This document shows, one piece after another, positions 26,888 to 40,770 of a stretch of 64,000 nt of DNA. The position numbers and the translations under genes are program-made. The notes under the pieces were generated by a model. That model did no database searches. It was not told the origin of the DNA and worked only from the letters and a program-made list of their open reading frames with translations. Within the stretch, counting starts at the first letter, position 1. Every line of letters begins with the position of its first letter. The stretch comes from Epiperipatus broadwayi (taxonomy: Eukaryota > Animalia > Onychophora). Location: positions 12,958,001 through 13,022,000 of the forward strand of contig JAQFVV010000002.1 of assembly GCA_028023455.1 (NCBI GenBank), given 5' to 3'.

Positions 26888-29288
26888 ATCAAACATTACG
26901 ATAGTCTCTTTCCAATGTCTTTTCCTTTGATTGTCCATCAATTAATTACTGTATTCAGTTCATTTTATTTGGAGATAGCTATATAGACACACAGCACACA
27001 GTTATTATACTCAAAGGCATATAAAAATGCACAGACAGTTTTTGAATCAAAATAGATAAAAATGTACACAGTTATTTTAAATCAAAATGTAGCTACAGGA
27101 TAATTAATAAATTTTAAAAGAGTTCTGTTGATTACCTTCCACTTTGACGAGTTTTTTCCTGGGTTTAAATTCATTTGTTTCCTCTTTCTTCTTTTCCATT
27201 TTAAGGCTCAAAATATAGACAGCTAGTAGATTCGTATTATCAAACATGAATTAGCTCTTAAACATCATACAGAGGTTTGCTGCAATTTCTTCAAATGAAT
27301 TTTAACCAGCCAAATAATTATTGCAATGTAAATTGGTCTTTCAATATCATACAAAAGTTTGATAGTTCTCTCTTTACATGAATTTTTAATTAGCCAAATA
27401 GACAGATTGTGACATTCAGCATAGAATATCTTATTAAAAGTTGATTTTTTCATAATTGACTTGAGGGAGAAAAATGCACACCACTTATATATGAATTAGA
27501 AATTCATATTTTGGTTATACTGTAAACTTAAATACATTATTAAACTCTGAGAAAGAAAATTTAAAAAAAATTCAGAGTAACCTTCGGAGATAAATTATTT
27601 GAGTTAGCCAGTTGGTTCTGAATTAGTAAAAGTCCCCTTATTCATTTTCTCCTTCCCCTTTTATATTCACAAGGAGGGGGAAGAAAAAACATGTTAACCC
27701 CTTCCTCTCCAGGTGCTTCCTCTCAAATCTTAATCAAAATTTCCCTCTCAGAATGAACAATTGAACCATTTATTACTTTTTAATTTTGACAACTTTTCTT
27801 ATCTTAAACCATATCTTTTGGTTAACACATTATCGGTTAATTTATGGAAAAGCAATCAAAAGAAAATCTAATCAAAAGATAAGCTTACTGACACTTTTTT
27901 GGTAAAACAAATGTTACATTCTTTTTTTACTTAAATAATTTCTTATTTGGATTTACATTTTTGAGTTAGAAATAATAAATTAAAACAGATTCATTTATTT
28001 TTTCCTTTCCCTTTTCCACACTTATCATGAAATAATATAGAAAATTATGTCAATTTCTATAAAGGAAAGAAAAAAAATCAAACCCATATATCTGTATTCA
28101 CACACACCCACATATGCAGAGCATGAAACAGAAAACTGCTTATTCAGATCCCATGAACATAAAATATCCACTATAATTTCTTATAATTACAAGCATAATA
28201 TCAATTATAATTTCTTATAATTTTAAACCTATTCTCCTGAAAAGAAAATGTCAAACTAAAGCCACTGATAATTAATTCAATTTCAATTCTCACCAACTTT
28301 TTAGTAATAGATATTAAAATTCATAAACACTTTATCTTAGCCATATAAATATTTTTTTCTCAATTATCATATTCATAAATTATTATAGCAGCGTACAAAA
28401 AAATCAATCATCCCCCCTGCATTAAATAATGCTAGCTATATTTTATACAAACACAAACTGTATCTCTATATATGTTACATTTGAGCTATATAGTTATTGA
28501 TTTCTCAAATAAAACTTTTTTAACTTTTCTTACATTAAAAAAAAATTTTGCCTACAATTATTTCCTTTTCTTACAGTTGGTTTATAGATGAAATAAACCA
28601 AAGGCTACAATATATTGTGCATGTGTATATGCACTTATTCAATATACATGCTAAAAACATGTATAACATACATTTACATAAATAGATATACATACTATAT
28701 TGCATGTGAACTAACTATTTAAAATATAAAAAAAAAATTGCACTTTCTAATTTATTTTTTATTAATTTTTTTTAAAAATTGTGGGTAGTTGATAATGTGT
28801 TATAAAATCATGGTTTTCGGAGATTTTTGTGTTCAGAATATGTAAAATCTTTAGTACTTTCATATCTTTGCATAAAATGATGTTTTTAAAGAAAGAAAGA
28901 TTTATCTTGATATCATGTTTTCTAGGTTGTTTAAATTGGTGGCTTTAATCAGGCTATTATTAATCACATTATATACTGAATATTAGTCAAAAAAATATTA
29001 ACTTTATAAAGAATTGCAATGTATTCAAATTAGGCTTCTAATAAAAAAAAAACAAGATTTAATTAAGAATCAGCATTATTAATAAAAGAAGAGAGGTAAT
29101 TTGATTGGGCATCTGCAAGATAAAAATAAAATATAGTATAAACAAAAAAATATAAAATAGAAATGGTTTCAAAAGATTCTTGGAATTCAGAAATTTTACA
29201 AAATATAATTTTTGAATAAAGGCATTGATATATTAAGTACAAACATTATTTAAAATGTGTAGAGAAATTTACATGGATAATGAGTAAT

Positions 29289-29640
29289 TACTATTATGAG
29301 TTGAGAGTTCCACATGCAGTCATTATTACATCTGATTTTTAAAGAGCATATGTCAAAGGTTTTAGCTTTTCACATTATTATTATTATTATTATGAGGTTC
29401 ACTATTATGAGTTGAGAGTTCCATATGCAGTCGTTATTATATCTGATTAACTGTCACATAAGCATTTTTAAAAAGCATATGTAGAAAGTTTTAGACATTC
29501 ACATTATTATTATGAGGTTTACTATTATGAGTTGAGAGTTCCATGTGCAGTCATTATTACATCTGATTGGCTGTCACATAGGCATTTTTAAAGAGCATAT
29601 GTCGAAGGTTTTAGCCCTTCACATTATTATTATTATGAGG
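29289..29640. repeat. Tandem repeat, three units of about 111-120 bp, each ending in (ATT)n
   Basis: ACTATTATGAGTTGAGAGTTCCA recurs near 29290, 29401 and 29521. Confidence 0.9.
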
Positions 29641-29816
29641 TATAATGTTTTATTTTAATATCCCAATCAGAATAAATAAATTAAACATATTTATAACAGT
29701 AATAGCTGCATTTCTAAATATCGTCAAAAATGTTTAATATTTGACATAAAACATTGAAAGGATTATGATGACTGATTTAGGATTTAAATGAGATAATGTA
29801 ACTTCTCAGCATAACA

Positions 29817-30093
29817 TTACATATCATACAGATTTATAACTTTCTTAAACACTTTATCAATACTATATTTTATATCAAAACTTTATTGTAACAATTTCAA
29901 CTGTCCTGCAGTCATCATCAGAGCTAAAATATGTAAATATACAATTATACAATCAATAAATTTTATACACATATTCATATATATAATTAATCTGATGATG
30001 ACTGCAGAACATCAAAACTGTTAGAATAAAGTTTTGATATAAAAAATAGTATTGTTAAGTGTTTAAGAAAGTTGTAAATGGTATGATATGTAA
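29817..30093. mobile_element. Family B-related diverged palindrome with decayed HHRs in both arms
   Basis: Arms 29817-29922 and 29991-30093. CUGAUGA-U-GACUGCAG on both strands; GAAA kept only in the minus copy. TSD uncertain (TATAATGTTTTATT at 29641 and 30135). Confidence 0.75.
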
Positions 30094-30300
30094 AAGTAGC
30101 AATCAATACACAAGAAAATGAAGAAGAAGAAAGTTATAATGTTTTATTCATAATATTGACAATTTATTATAAATCTTTTTACTTAAGTTGTATGTAATAT
30201 AGGGTATATGAGCACAGACTTTCCCATCACCCACCTCTCTCCACTCTATCTAATAACACTGATACACCTAAACACATATATGCTGAAAAGATAAATAATC

Positions 30301-30344
30301 ACCAATATACGTATTTCATGCTAAACCAGCAATCATCAGTTGGT
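30301..30344 (-). ncRNA. Type I hammerhead ribozyme, family C second copy
   Basis: ACCAA-CUGAUGA-UUGCU GGUUU AGCAU-GAAA-UACGUA-UA-UUGGU. Flanks about 30250-30375 are homologous to 15040-15160. Confidence 0.75.
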
Positions 30345-30629
30345 CCAGACTATCATCTTTACACACATATATAGTATAAGTGCTCAGATATATATTAAGA
30401 TAGACTATCCTCATAGTATAATGGACAGGCTTCAATCCACTCCACACTCCAACTCTTCAACCGTCCATCCAATTGAAAATCTGATGATGGAATGCTCAAA
30501 GGCCACCCTGAGGCCGAGATTATTGTCACACCCATGTTGACCTAAAGTCAATCTGAACCCCACATGTACAGGACATAATCCATTTAATACATATGCAAGG
30601 ATGGGCAGACATCTCTATAATGAAAAAAT

Positions 30630-30900
30630 TTATTAATTCTAATATTAATTCCATCATAGGTGCTGTGAATAGAATACAAAATTTCACTTAAGTCAATTAT
30701 TAATTCTAATGTAATTCCATCATAGGAGCTGTGTTCAGAATATACAAATTTTACTCAAATCAATTATTAATTCAATATAATTCCATCAGAGGAGTTGTGT
30801 TCAGATTATAAAAATTTCACTCAAATCAATTATTAATTCCAATATAATTTTGTCATAGGAACTGTGTTCAGATTATAAACATTTCACTCAAATCTATTTA
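30630..30900. repeat. Minisatellite, four units of 66-67 bp
   Basis: TTATTAATTC recurs at 30630, 30697, 30764 and 30830. Confidence 0.85.
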
Positions 30901-33900
30901 TAAATTTTAAATTTCTAATGAATTATTTAAAAAAAATAGCTGTCATGAATAAAAAATTACAAAGTTATTATTTTTTATCGTTTAATATTAAATAATAAAA
31001 AAAAAAAAAGTAAAAATGAATTGTAGTTGAAATGATAAAAGAATTACCATAGAAAAAAATACACCCTTCTACAATTTTTCTTATGTTTAAGTTAATCTTG
31101 CAAAGTATCTAATAGTGCAGTTAATACACACTTATTTATTCATAAAGATCTCAAAAAAAAAATCTGGTTATTTAAAAATAGTCAAAAACCTATTATTAAA
31201 TTCAGTGGTGATAATAATCCTAGAATCAAGACTCTTTAGCTAATAAACTAACACCTGTTTTCTAACAGGTTATGGATGGTTAGCATTCATTAGCTGTCTT
31301 CTAAGATAAGACTCACTTAATTTGGTTAAAATAACTAACTCTTTCTACATTTTATATTTGATAGCGAAATTGATTATGAAATCTTAATAACTATGGTAAG
31401 TATATATACGTGTGTGTAGATAAATAATTAGTCTCTTTTATAATTATTTATATATCATTACTTATTTTATCATTATTTTCCATCATTGATAGTCTTAAGC
31501 TGGTAAAGACATTTCAAATAAGTCTCCTCAAAGATTCTTCACGTGCTTTCTCTTTTCATAATCCTCCATAAAATTTCTTTACTTCTTTCCATTTCTGATA
31601 AGGCGTGTCTTTTAATATCCAGATACGTATTCAATGTTAAACACATTCACACTTTGTGTAAAATGATAAAATAGATTATTTTCATAGCACTAACAAAACT
31701 GAAATACTATTGCAAAAAAAAAAACAACAACAAAAAAAAAAAAAAACAGGGAAAATATTATTAAAAAGTATTGAATTAATAAATAAATGAGAATTTAGGG
31801 AATATAACTTTATATATCGTTCAATATTTTTATTATCTCTTTATAATTTATGTAATGCATTAACATACCTTCTTTTTTTTTCTTCCTTTTATAAACAATT
31901 TTATTTTGTTTGTTTTTTTCTAATTATTATGGTTTGAACTTATAACCTTCATCAGAGATCTGCAAATATTTTATAATATTCCCATTATAAGTCGTTAAAT
32001 AAATATCAACTTCAATATATTTTTCTTTTTCTTTTAAACGATTACTTTTGTATATGCGCATATTTTTTAACAATTTAAAAAATAAAAAAACCTCAAAATG
32101 TTGTATATTAAAAAAATCACTCAATCATTAATTTATACTTTCATAGTCTTTTTACACACCTACATATATCCCTCATTATCATGTATAAGAAAGCAAAGGA
32201 TTTTTATTTTGATAAATTAGAACAAAAATAGAACAAATGCCTATGCATTATAATGTTTCCCATATTCCTAAGCTAAATATAAATATTTAAATTTTGTTTT
32301 AATAATTTTTAATTTTATTTTAATTTCACCTTATTCAAAATATATATTTTTGTATTAAATAAACAATTACAAAAATAGTATTGTTAGAAAAACATTAACA
32401 ATTGTGACTAAATGAGTTGAAATAATTATTGCATCTGGCATTTTAATCCAATTATGGTCACTGATTAAAAAAGTTATGTGATTATACACACTGTTTTAAT
32501 GTCTATGTGATAGACGAAATAATCATGTCATAAAAATACTTAAAATTTATGTTTAAACTTCAACATACAAAAAAAAAAAAAATTGTACTATTTATTTTTA
32601 TTACTTTATACATATAACCAACTTATTTTTATAAAAGCAATCATTTGATACATTATATTTTATCAAAGAGAGAGGAAAAAATTAGAATGTCCTAATAATG
32701 ATGCAGAGACTTTCTGCATATAGAAGGGATGTAGAATTAATCATGCTGGTTATTGTACATCTACATTCTGGAAAAAAAAAAAAAATACATAAATAATAAA
32801 TTGAATTTCATAAAAGAAAGTTATCAAATTATAATAAATTTATATTTTAAAAGTATGTTTGTGAGTAAATAAGATTTGTCAGCTCTGATCTGTTGGCAAA
32901 ATGAAAATTTGAAGGTTACGTAGATTAATTCTCAATTAAGAAAATTTTAACTTCATCTAATGTTCTATTTATAACTATGATGTGTAAGTTTTTCCCTTGA
33001 TCTATAAATTTCAACTATATTTGTATAAAAATATATAAAATAAAAAGACAATATATTTAAGACATCTTATCTGTATTAAAATCTACATGGTAGTGTTTCC
33101 TATTAGTTGTTATTTTAATATTCTACATTAAAATTCTTTAGATATTTATTGTATAAATTTGATTTCACTTATTAAGATTATAACCCCCAATGTAATTTTC
33201 CCAGATGTTCCATTACTTTTTGTTTCCATTTTTTCTCTATTCTTTATCTGTTCATTTATTTTTTAAATTTTGGTTTTTATGATTTAATTTACATCATTTA
33301 ATTTCTTTATTTAATGTTTGTTATAGCATAGATTCTTCTTGTTAATTGTGATTATGCTAGAATCATATTATTATAACATTGCTACATCTTTTTATTCCTG
33401 AGACTTTAGATAGGTTAAATGTAAATAATTCAAACCCTGTTTTACTTTGTCTAGTGCAGTGAAAAAGTTATGGACTCAAGAATTAAAGATTGTTGATTAA
33501 AGTTTTTCTCTATTAGTTGCAGTGTTCAAACATTATACATACTTATGAGTAAAAAATAATTTGATTATTTTTTTATTAATTTAAAATCTCAAAAAATTTA
33601 AAACTATGAACTCTAGAATTTAGCTTTCTTTATTATTCAAATCATTACTAAATATTAAATTAATTATAGTTATAGGTTAGTGGTAGTACAGAGATTGACT
33701 CTGGAGCTCAATGTTTATGGGCCATGATGCTCAAACTCTTTATGAACTCCTAAACAATAACCATATTATTTTTAATGAATTATTGGAAATCAGACAAAAT
33801 ATTTCTAGCTGGAGATAAAATATAAAAATATCAGAAAACATTTTGAGAAAGGTTATAGATTAGGTTCTGTATAAATTATAGCAACACAATGCTAATCCGA

Positions 33901-34329
33901 TTAAAAAAGGAAGATTTGCAGGTTTATAAAAAAATAAAATATTAAAAAATTAGATTTGCTTTATGTATATTATACATTTTGATATTGAGATATTGTGTAT
34001 TTAAATACTTCCTTTTTAAATAAGTTAGCATTAAAAACATTGTTGAAAATTAAAAATGGATAAAGTAACTTGCAAATTTATTTTGTCTGACAAAAAATTT
34101 TACATGTAAAAATCTAAATAAATTAACAAAAAATAATAATAAATATAAGTATTGTGTTTGACTAAAAGTTTGTTATGATGGCATTTTATACATTGATTAT
34201 TTCCATAATCTAATACTAATCATTAGATATTTTTAGAAAAATTCAAATTTAATTAAACTTTCCAAACATATTTCACTGTTAATAATATCACATAGGTTGT
34301 TTGGAGTAGTACTATTTGTCTCTCCTTCA

Positions 34330-34500
34330 GAAGTTAGTGATCTGACCAGAGAAATGAGAATTAAACAAGATACTTTTAGACTTGTGAATATTAAATTTAA
34401 AATGATGCTCTAACCAATTAGGCTCTTCTATCAAAGACAAGAATCAATGAAAAATTTGAAGGTCCTCATGATTTCTCCATTTTTCTAAAAGGCAAAAACA
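34330..34500 (-). mobile_element. Dispersed repeat with tRNA-like A/B boxes (SINE-like)
   Basis: Minus strand AGCCTAATTGGTTAGAGCATC ... GTTTAATTCTC. Homologous to 40120-40280 (-) and 40655-40770 (+). Confidence 0.4.
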
Positions 34501-35913
34501 GGTTGTTGTTGAACATTGTACATTATCATTGTCATGTGAGCAGTTTCCTTTAATTTTATTTTATTTTCTCTCTGTCCAATATTCTTTCCTTTTCTCAATT
34601 AAATATTTGTTCCTTGGAACAAGCATGTACCAGTGGATAAACATTGTACAATAAATACTGTACAATAAATGAAAATACCAAATAAACAAAATCTTATTTT
34701 AATAATTGTCATTGGATCAACATTCATAAACTTTTTCTATATCAGTATTTAAATTAATTATAATACTTTTTCATGAGCATAATATAAATTATTATGGTGT
34801 TTTTTTTATTTCTTCTCATATCATAACTTTATTTTTAAGAATTTAATCAACTGCTGCTGAGTGATATGGACTTAACTTACTTATTTCAGAATAAAATATG
34901 CCTTGCTTATTAAGTTCCATTAAATCAGACTTACTTTGCAAGAGAACTTTATAAATTGTTTCTGCCTTAATACCAGTATGTATAGGATCCATTAGAAATA
35001 TGTACATTAAAGCACAAACATTAAATTGCTTTATTCTATAGAAGTAATACTTAAAAAGAATGTGTATTTCAGCTTATAAGAATTTCATTTAAAAATTATT
35101 AACTATATTTTTCAAAAAACAAATATATTACTCTTTAATTGAGGTTTAAAGTTTATATCTGAGCTAGAGATAATCTCTAGTTTAGTAAATGATTAATAAT
35201 AATCATTACTATATTTATCTGGAATGGGTGGTGTCAAAGTTGTGGGTGGAATAAGTTTGACACTTGTAATTCAAAATGTAACAATTTATTAACTATATCT
35301 TTATGTTATCTGATGGTAATTTTATTTTAAAAGAAGTTGAAATCAAAAAAGATTGACTACTATTAATAATCATAAAAATAAGTAGAGCACAAATACTACT
35401 TATTGTAATAGTAAATCTTTGCCATAGTAGATGAATTTGAATCTAAACCAAAGATATATAATAATATATTTAATATGCACCATAAATTTTGATTCAAATT
35501 GAATATAAAAGTTGAATAGTTAGTAAAATTTAAATACATAAAATGATTCAATTCAAATATCTAATAATATTAATCAATATGATGATGATGATTTATAATC
35601 TTAAAATACAAATACTCCCAAAAATATTTTATTTGTTTTTCAGTTTTAATGCAAATGAAACTTAAAGGTGCCAAATCTTCTAAAAAAGAAAAATTATTTT
35701 TGGAAAACTTTTAAAGGAATGATCATTACCAATTATAAATTATCACCACCACCTTTGTGTGTTCCCTGGTGGATTGCATGATTTCTCAAGGCTGTATTAA
35801 CTAGCACATGGGTGTTAAAAACATCATGTTTGGATTGAAATTACAAACATAAACTATGGACTAATTAAAAATTCAAACGCATTTGCATAATCATAACAAT
35901 CGTTAGTTACAAA

Positions 35914-35958
35914 GCTATGAGTATGAGATTCAAACATGAAATCTCGAAAGCGCTTAGC
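35914..35958 (+). ncRNA. Hammerhead variant with A3-U8 core pair (family E)
   Basis: GCU-AUGAGUA-U-GAGAUU CAAACAUGA AAUCUC-GAAA-GCGC-UU-AGC. Confidence 0.65.
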
Positions 35959-36199
35959 AAAGCTATTATAAATTAGAGTAAAATTATAGCTTCACTATTT
36001 AATGCGAAAAAAAAAGTCGCATACTTATAATTACAATTTTACTAGTGAAGAGAAAAACAATTTAAAACATAAACTAAATGGATTAATAAAAAAAAAAAAT
36101 TATTAACACTGAATAGATAAAACTGTTAAGTATATATTATGCAAAAATATTAAATATCATAATAGTAAACCATATTTTTAATTTAAGTTTAGGTTTAAG

Positions 36200-36560
36200 T
36201 TTACCACATTAAATATTGAAACAGTTAGAAACCATGTTTTTTGCAGATATTGTTCTTTTAATATTTTTTAGTTGTTTTAATTAGTTCCTTTGTTGGTGAT
36301 TGTAGTTTTTTTCCTTGGACACTGGTGATGTTAGAGAGTAAATATAGAAGTATTGGTAACATTGTATAATATCAGTAGGTCTTGGGTAGTTTGTATGGCA
36401 TTGTTCATTTAGTTCTTCATGCATTATAGAGACATTACACAGATTGATTTTGCAAACTTCAATGTCAGTTTCTGGATTCAACTGTGTTTTCCGGGCATAT
36501 TAGCTAGTATAGTTTTTCTTTTGCCTAATAATATATTATAGATAGTTTTCTGCTAGATAG
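36200..36560 (-). pseudogene. Possible decayed PLE thumb-to-endonuclease relic
   Basis: KINLCNVSIMHEELNEQCHTNYPR (like RA..IC....EEL......NGYP), followed by KNMV..C..*CGK (like NVVY.I.C..C). Confidence 0.3.
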
Positions 36561-37326
36561 AGTTATCATATTGGCTGATAGGACTAGAGTATTGAAAAAT
36601 GTTTTAAAAACAGTAAAATATGGCTATTCAAGTTATGGTAGAAAATACTTTAAACCAGTGGATGTTTCTCTTCTTGGAATGGAACACTGCAACCCTGCTT
36701 CAAAAGTATCCTTGTTTGGAGTGCAAAGAAATATGACATCTGAATACCTAGTTTCTTGTTTCAGATCTATTTATACCTATTTGATGTTGTTCAAACAATG
36801 TATACATTACCAGCTAGTGAAAATCTGATCTTTGCATTGTTACAACAACATAATTTTTGAAAATCATGTCATGGAAACAAATTCCCAGGTGTTTTAAAAT
36901 TGTATCATGATTTGATATATAGATGAATAAAGAAAAAAAAATTTTTTTCATCTCTTTATTTACATTAGTTAATGGTTTATGAAGAAAAAATCATTCCCTG
37001 CATTTAAATATAGTTCAATAATTTGCAAAATATTTTTAACTCCAAAATTTTAATATATATTTAGTTTTGCCATCCAGTTTTATTATATAAATATGGAAAA
37101 TTCTATTTAAAACTCAGATCAGAAATGGCAAACTAAAAAAGGTTCAAATTTAGATTTTTAGAAACTACACAATTCAAATTCTTTTATGTATCAAGACTAC
37201 TTTTTTTTCTTTCCTTTGCATTGCAATTTATCATTATTTAACTCTTATTACAAAACAATTTTATATAGTATTTAATAATATGCATAAAATAACATTTATT
37301 TTTATTTTTTAGGCATTCTAAATATT

Positions 37327-37605
37327 AAAATTTCTTTCCACTTCTCCTTATTTGCATTGATTAATTATATATATATAATATACCATATAGTCCTTAATTA
37401 ACACTTTTACAATGAAATTTTAACATATAATTTATTTCTTTTTGCTTACAGTTTCAACTGCCCTGCAGTCATCATCAGATCTATAGTAAAGTTTAAAAGA
37501 GCTCTGATGATGACTGCAGAGCAGTTGAAACTGTAAGCAAGAAGAAATAAATATGTTAAAATTGCATTGTAAAATTGTTAATTAAGGAGTATATGGTATA
37601 TTATA
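37327..37605. mobile_element. Family B-related asymmetric palindrome
   Basis: Arms 37374-37479 and 37503-37605. Tail 37327-37373 on the left. 13-bp TSD CATTCTAAATATT at 37314-37326 and 37606-37618. Confidence 0.85.
37501..37538 (+). ncRNA. Type I hammerhead ribozyme, family B
   Basis: GCU-CUGAUGA-U-GACUGC AGA GCAGUU-GAAA-CUG-UA-AGC. The mirror copy at 37444-37481 (-) has a broken stem I. Confidence 0.7.
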
Positions 37606-40119
37606 CATTCTAAATATTCACTACTCAATTTTGATGAGTATTTATTAAGCTTTTTTTTTTCATGCAACTTTGTAATATAACCATTTTTGAGCTGCTTTCA
37701 GATTTATTATAGTAACAATATGTTTTATAATTACAATCATAGCTATGAAAACTGTAGTATTACATTGTTATAATTAAAATAATTACAATTGTTTCAGTAT
37801 AAACAGAAAGTAAGTACCAGTACAATATTAATAATATAAAAGCAAATAAATTCAAAAAAACATTGCTAATTATTTCTTTTCAAAAATTAAATGAAAAAAA
37901 AGTTGCATAAAATTGGAATCATAAAAGGTTAAGTAAAATCAGATAAAAAAATAATGTAAATAATTATATGAAATTTTGATTATAATATAAATCAGTTAAA
38001 AGAATCTAGAGTCGGAAACCAATTGGATTTTTATTCTTTTTTGAAGCAAAAAAATTAAACTTACTTATTTTTAATAATAATAAGTTATTTATTTATATTT
38101 TATAAATTTTTTTTTTGACCATTTAAATATATTCTTTTATATTTTGGCTTATATATATATATACTAGAAATTTAAATAACTGTATAATGTTTTTAACTTT
38201 ATCTGTGGGAAGAAATAACCATGACAACTAATGTCATCATATCAATAATCATGTTGAAACTTAGTATTAGATGCTAACAATAAATGAAAAGTTATACATG
38301 ACTAAGTCACAATTCTATCATTGATGAAGAAACGAAAAAATCAATTGGAAATAATGCTTCAAATTTTAAGATGTATATTAAAAGAAAGGTTAAATAATGA
38401 TTAATTTAGAAGTGAAAAGGCACTTTTCAATTATGTCTGATAACCAACAGGACTGATTTCTAAGTTTAATAGATTGAGATTTTAATAGAATAAAAAGGAA
38501 AAAATAATTATGTTTGATGACTCAAAAATATGGTTGTATGCTAAGACTTAATAGATATTCGGTTTAATTCTGTTAATGGTATTGTAATATATAAAAGTAA
38601 TGAATAGGATTTCATTATCTAATGGCTTATTGAAACCTTATTTAAAAATAATTATGTGGAAAAAAGCTGAACTTAATATTGAGGAAGATGTTAGTATATC
38701 ATAAGTCGTGCAATTATTAATTGGATTACAAATATAAATTTGATTTGTGCTATTTCAGAAAAAAACAAAGTGCTTGAAAAATTATTCTTTTAAAAAAAAG
38801 GAATTATATTTTTCAGAGAGACATATGCAATCTATTATATATTTTTTGACATTTATTTTTAAAATTATTTTAAAAGGATCTGTTTAAAATGGATAAGATA
38901 CATATGGTCACTTTATGACTAACTCCAATTAATTAGAAACCTTTTGCCTATACATAATTATTTCAAAAATATAAGTAAAGTGGATTATAAGTGGATGAAA
39001 TATTGATTTATACATTAAATTTGGGGTAAAACTTTTATTTAGTTAGTTATCTTTTAAATAATATGCAGAAACAATGATTTTTAGCTAATTCTCTGAATAT
39101 TATCTTTTTTCAATTCAAATATTGTCATCAATAAACTATTCAAGTTTTAATATATTTTGTTCTTCATTTTGTGTGTGTGTGTGTTATTTTTTTATCTATT
39201 TTTAATTTCTAATTGCATTTAAATATGTAAACCAAGTTTGTGTGAATTATAATTAAATAGACCAGTTTATGGATTTTGCATTCAAAGACAAAAGTAACGA
39301 TCTTATACATATAACAGTCACTTTTTATTTCTTTATATTATTCAACTAATATCCTATAATTAAAAAAAAACCCTAAAGTTTTGAATCTAAACTAATTTTC
39401 ATTTGCATAACTTTATAGATTTGATAGAGACTTCTTATGTCAGCTGTAGGTTTTTTTCTACCTATGACTAAGAAGGTTAACACCGACAACAATATTATAT
39501 GACTTTTTCATGTGCTTACTCATATGCTCCAAGTGCAATTATCTTCAGTTTAATCTAAATCCATTTACTATAATCTTGACTAATCAATGAATACTAGGTA
39601 ATACAGTGTCAAAAAATTCTCATCTCAAGAGTCAAAAGCAGTTTTTGGCTTTTGCCTTCTACACTGAAAAATATGATTTAACTCTGGATCTAATGTTTGT
39701 GTATATCTAAAAATCATCTTTGCACTAATGAAGGCAAATCTAGAAGTTGATCTACGATAGGAATATTATTGCATTATATAAATCATTGACCATTGATACT
39801 CAAGGTTTCAGGATATTGCTGTAGAGTAAGTAGAAGATAAATGCTTTTAAAAGTTTATGAATAAACATATAATAAAGTTAAATGAATTTTACTTTTTTCA
39901 AAAATGTTTTTTTAGTCAAATTTAAAATATATTCTAATCTTTAATAACAACATATATTTGTAAATATATATTGAACTATTTCCATTATCTAGTTTAATTG
40001 TCAAATGTTTTTCAAAATTCAAATTTTATTCAAGTAATAACACACGGGTTTGTATGCTATATAACATTTCAAGTTGTATTATTCACTCTCATTTTTAGAT
40101 GTTTGCTCAACCAATAATA

Positions 40120-40770
40120 ATACAATTGTGGGAATTAAACTGGTGATATTTAGATGTGCTAATACTAAAAGGCTGCTCTAACCAATTAAGCTATTCTGTC
40201 AAAAGTTAATTATCACTAGAAATTTTATGTTTATCTATGAAGATCCTTCTGATTTTTTCATTTTTTCTTAAGGGCAAGGTTAATGAATGATATTGATATA
40301 CTATGAATTATAGTAATAATTTGGCTTATAGAATCATTTACTAGTGTCATGTAAACAAATTTTTTTTATTTTTTCTCTCTGCCTAATAGTCTTATTTTTT
40401 TCTATTTGAATATATGTTTATTGATACATGCATGGTCTGCTAATTTAAATCCTTCTACTTTTCCTTTTTAATCATTTTTTGCGCTATTACATATTACAGT
40501 CGTATCTCAGTTTGCAGGACTTACAATAAAGATATGTTTGGCCTGGGAAATTACAAGAATATTGGGCAAAGAGGAAAAAGTAAAAAGGAAAAAATGTAAA
40601 GAGGTTCTCACATAGTGTGGTGATTTATAATATTTGAAAACCACTAATTAATCTTGCTCTTAAAAAAAAAAATAGAGAAATTAGGACCATCTTAGATAAG
40701 CTTATAAAATTTCTACTGACTATTTATTGCCTTTGACAGAATAGCCTAATTGGTTTGATCATGATTTTAA
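40120..40770. mobile_element. Two inverted, diverged copies of the tRNA-box SINE-like repeat
   Basis: GCTCTAACCAATTAAGCTATTCTGTCAAAAG (about 40175-40205) versus CTTTGACAGAATAGCCTAATTGG (about 40731-40753). Similarity extends about 80 bp upstream of the A box. Confidence 0.45.

Noticed and set aside
23164-27200. Two phase-compatible minus-strand exons (MEKKKEETNEFKPRKKLVKVE + GQNKSCPDRM...EKK) with plausible splice sites
   Set aside because: The 23164-23285 piece lies within an ordered piggyBac-like motif series. No consistent third exon was found and the peptide is not recognised. RNA-seq junctions would decide.
27130-27453. Second piggyBac-like relic (FMFDN, NPGK..)
   Set aside because: Matches are too short and spread over different frames.
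30480-30540. CUGAUGA in a GC-richer stretch
   Set aside because: No stem II-GAAA-NUH arrangement follows.
29289-30900. CRISPR-like arrays
   Set aside because: Units are contiguous minisatellites without unique spacers, and the context is eukaryotic with no cas genes.
31921-31960. Minus-strand CUGAUGA-AGGUUAUAAGUU-CAAAC
   Set aside because: No GAAA and no convincing stems I or III; at best a very old HHR.
32487-32528. GUCUA/UAGAC hairpin followed by GAAA
   Set aside because: Upstream core is CUGUUUUAAU, not CUGANGA or a 3:8 covariant.
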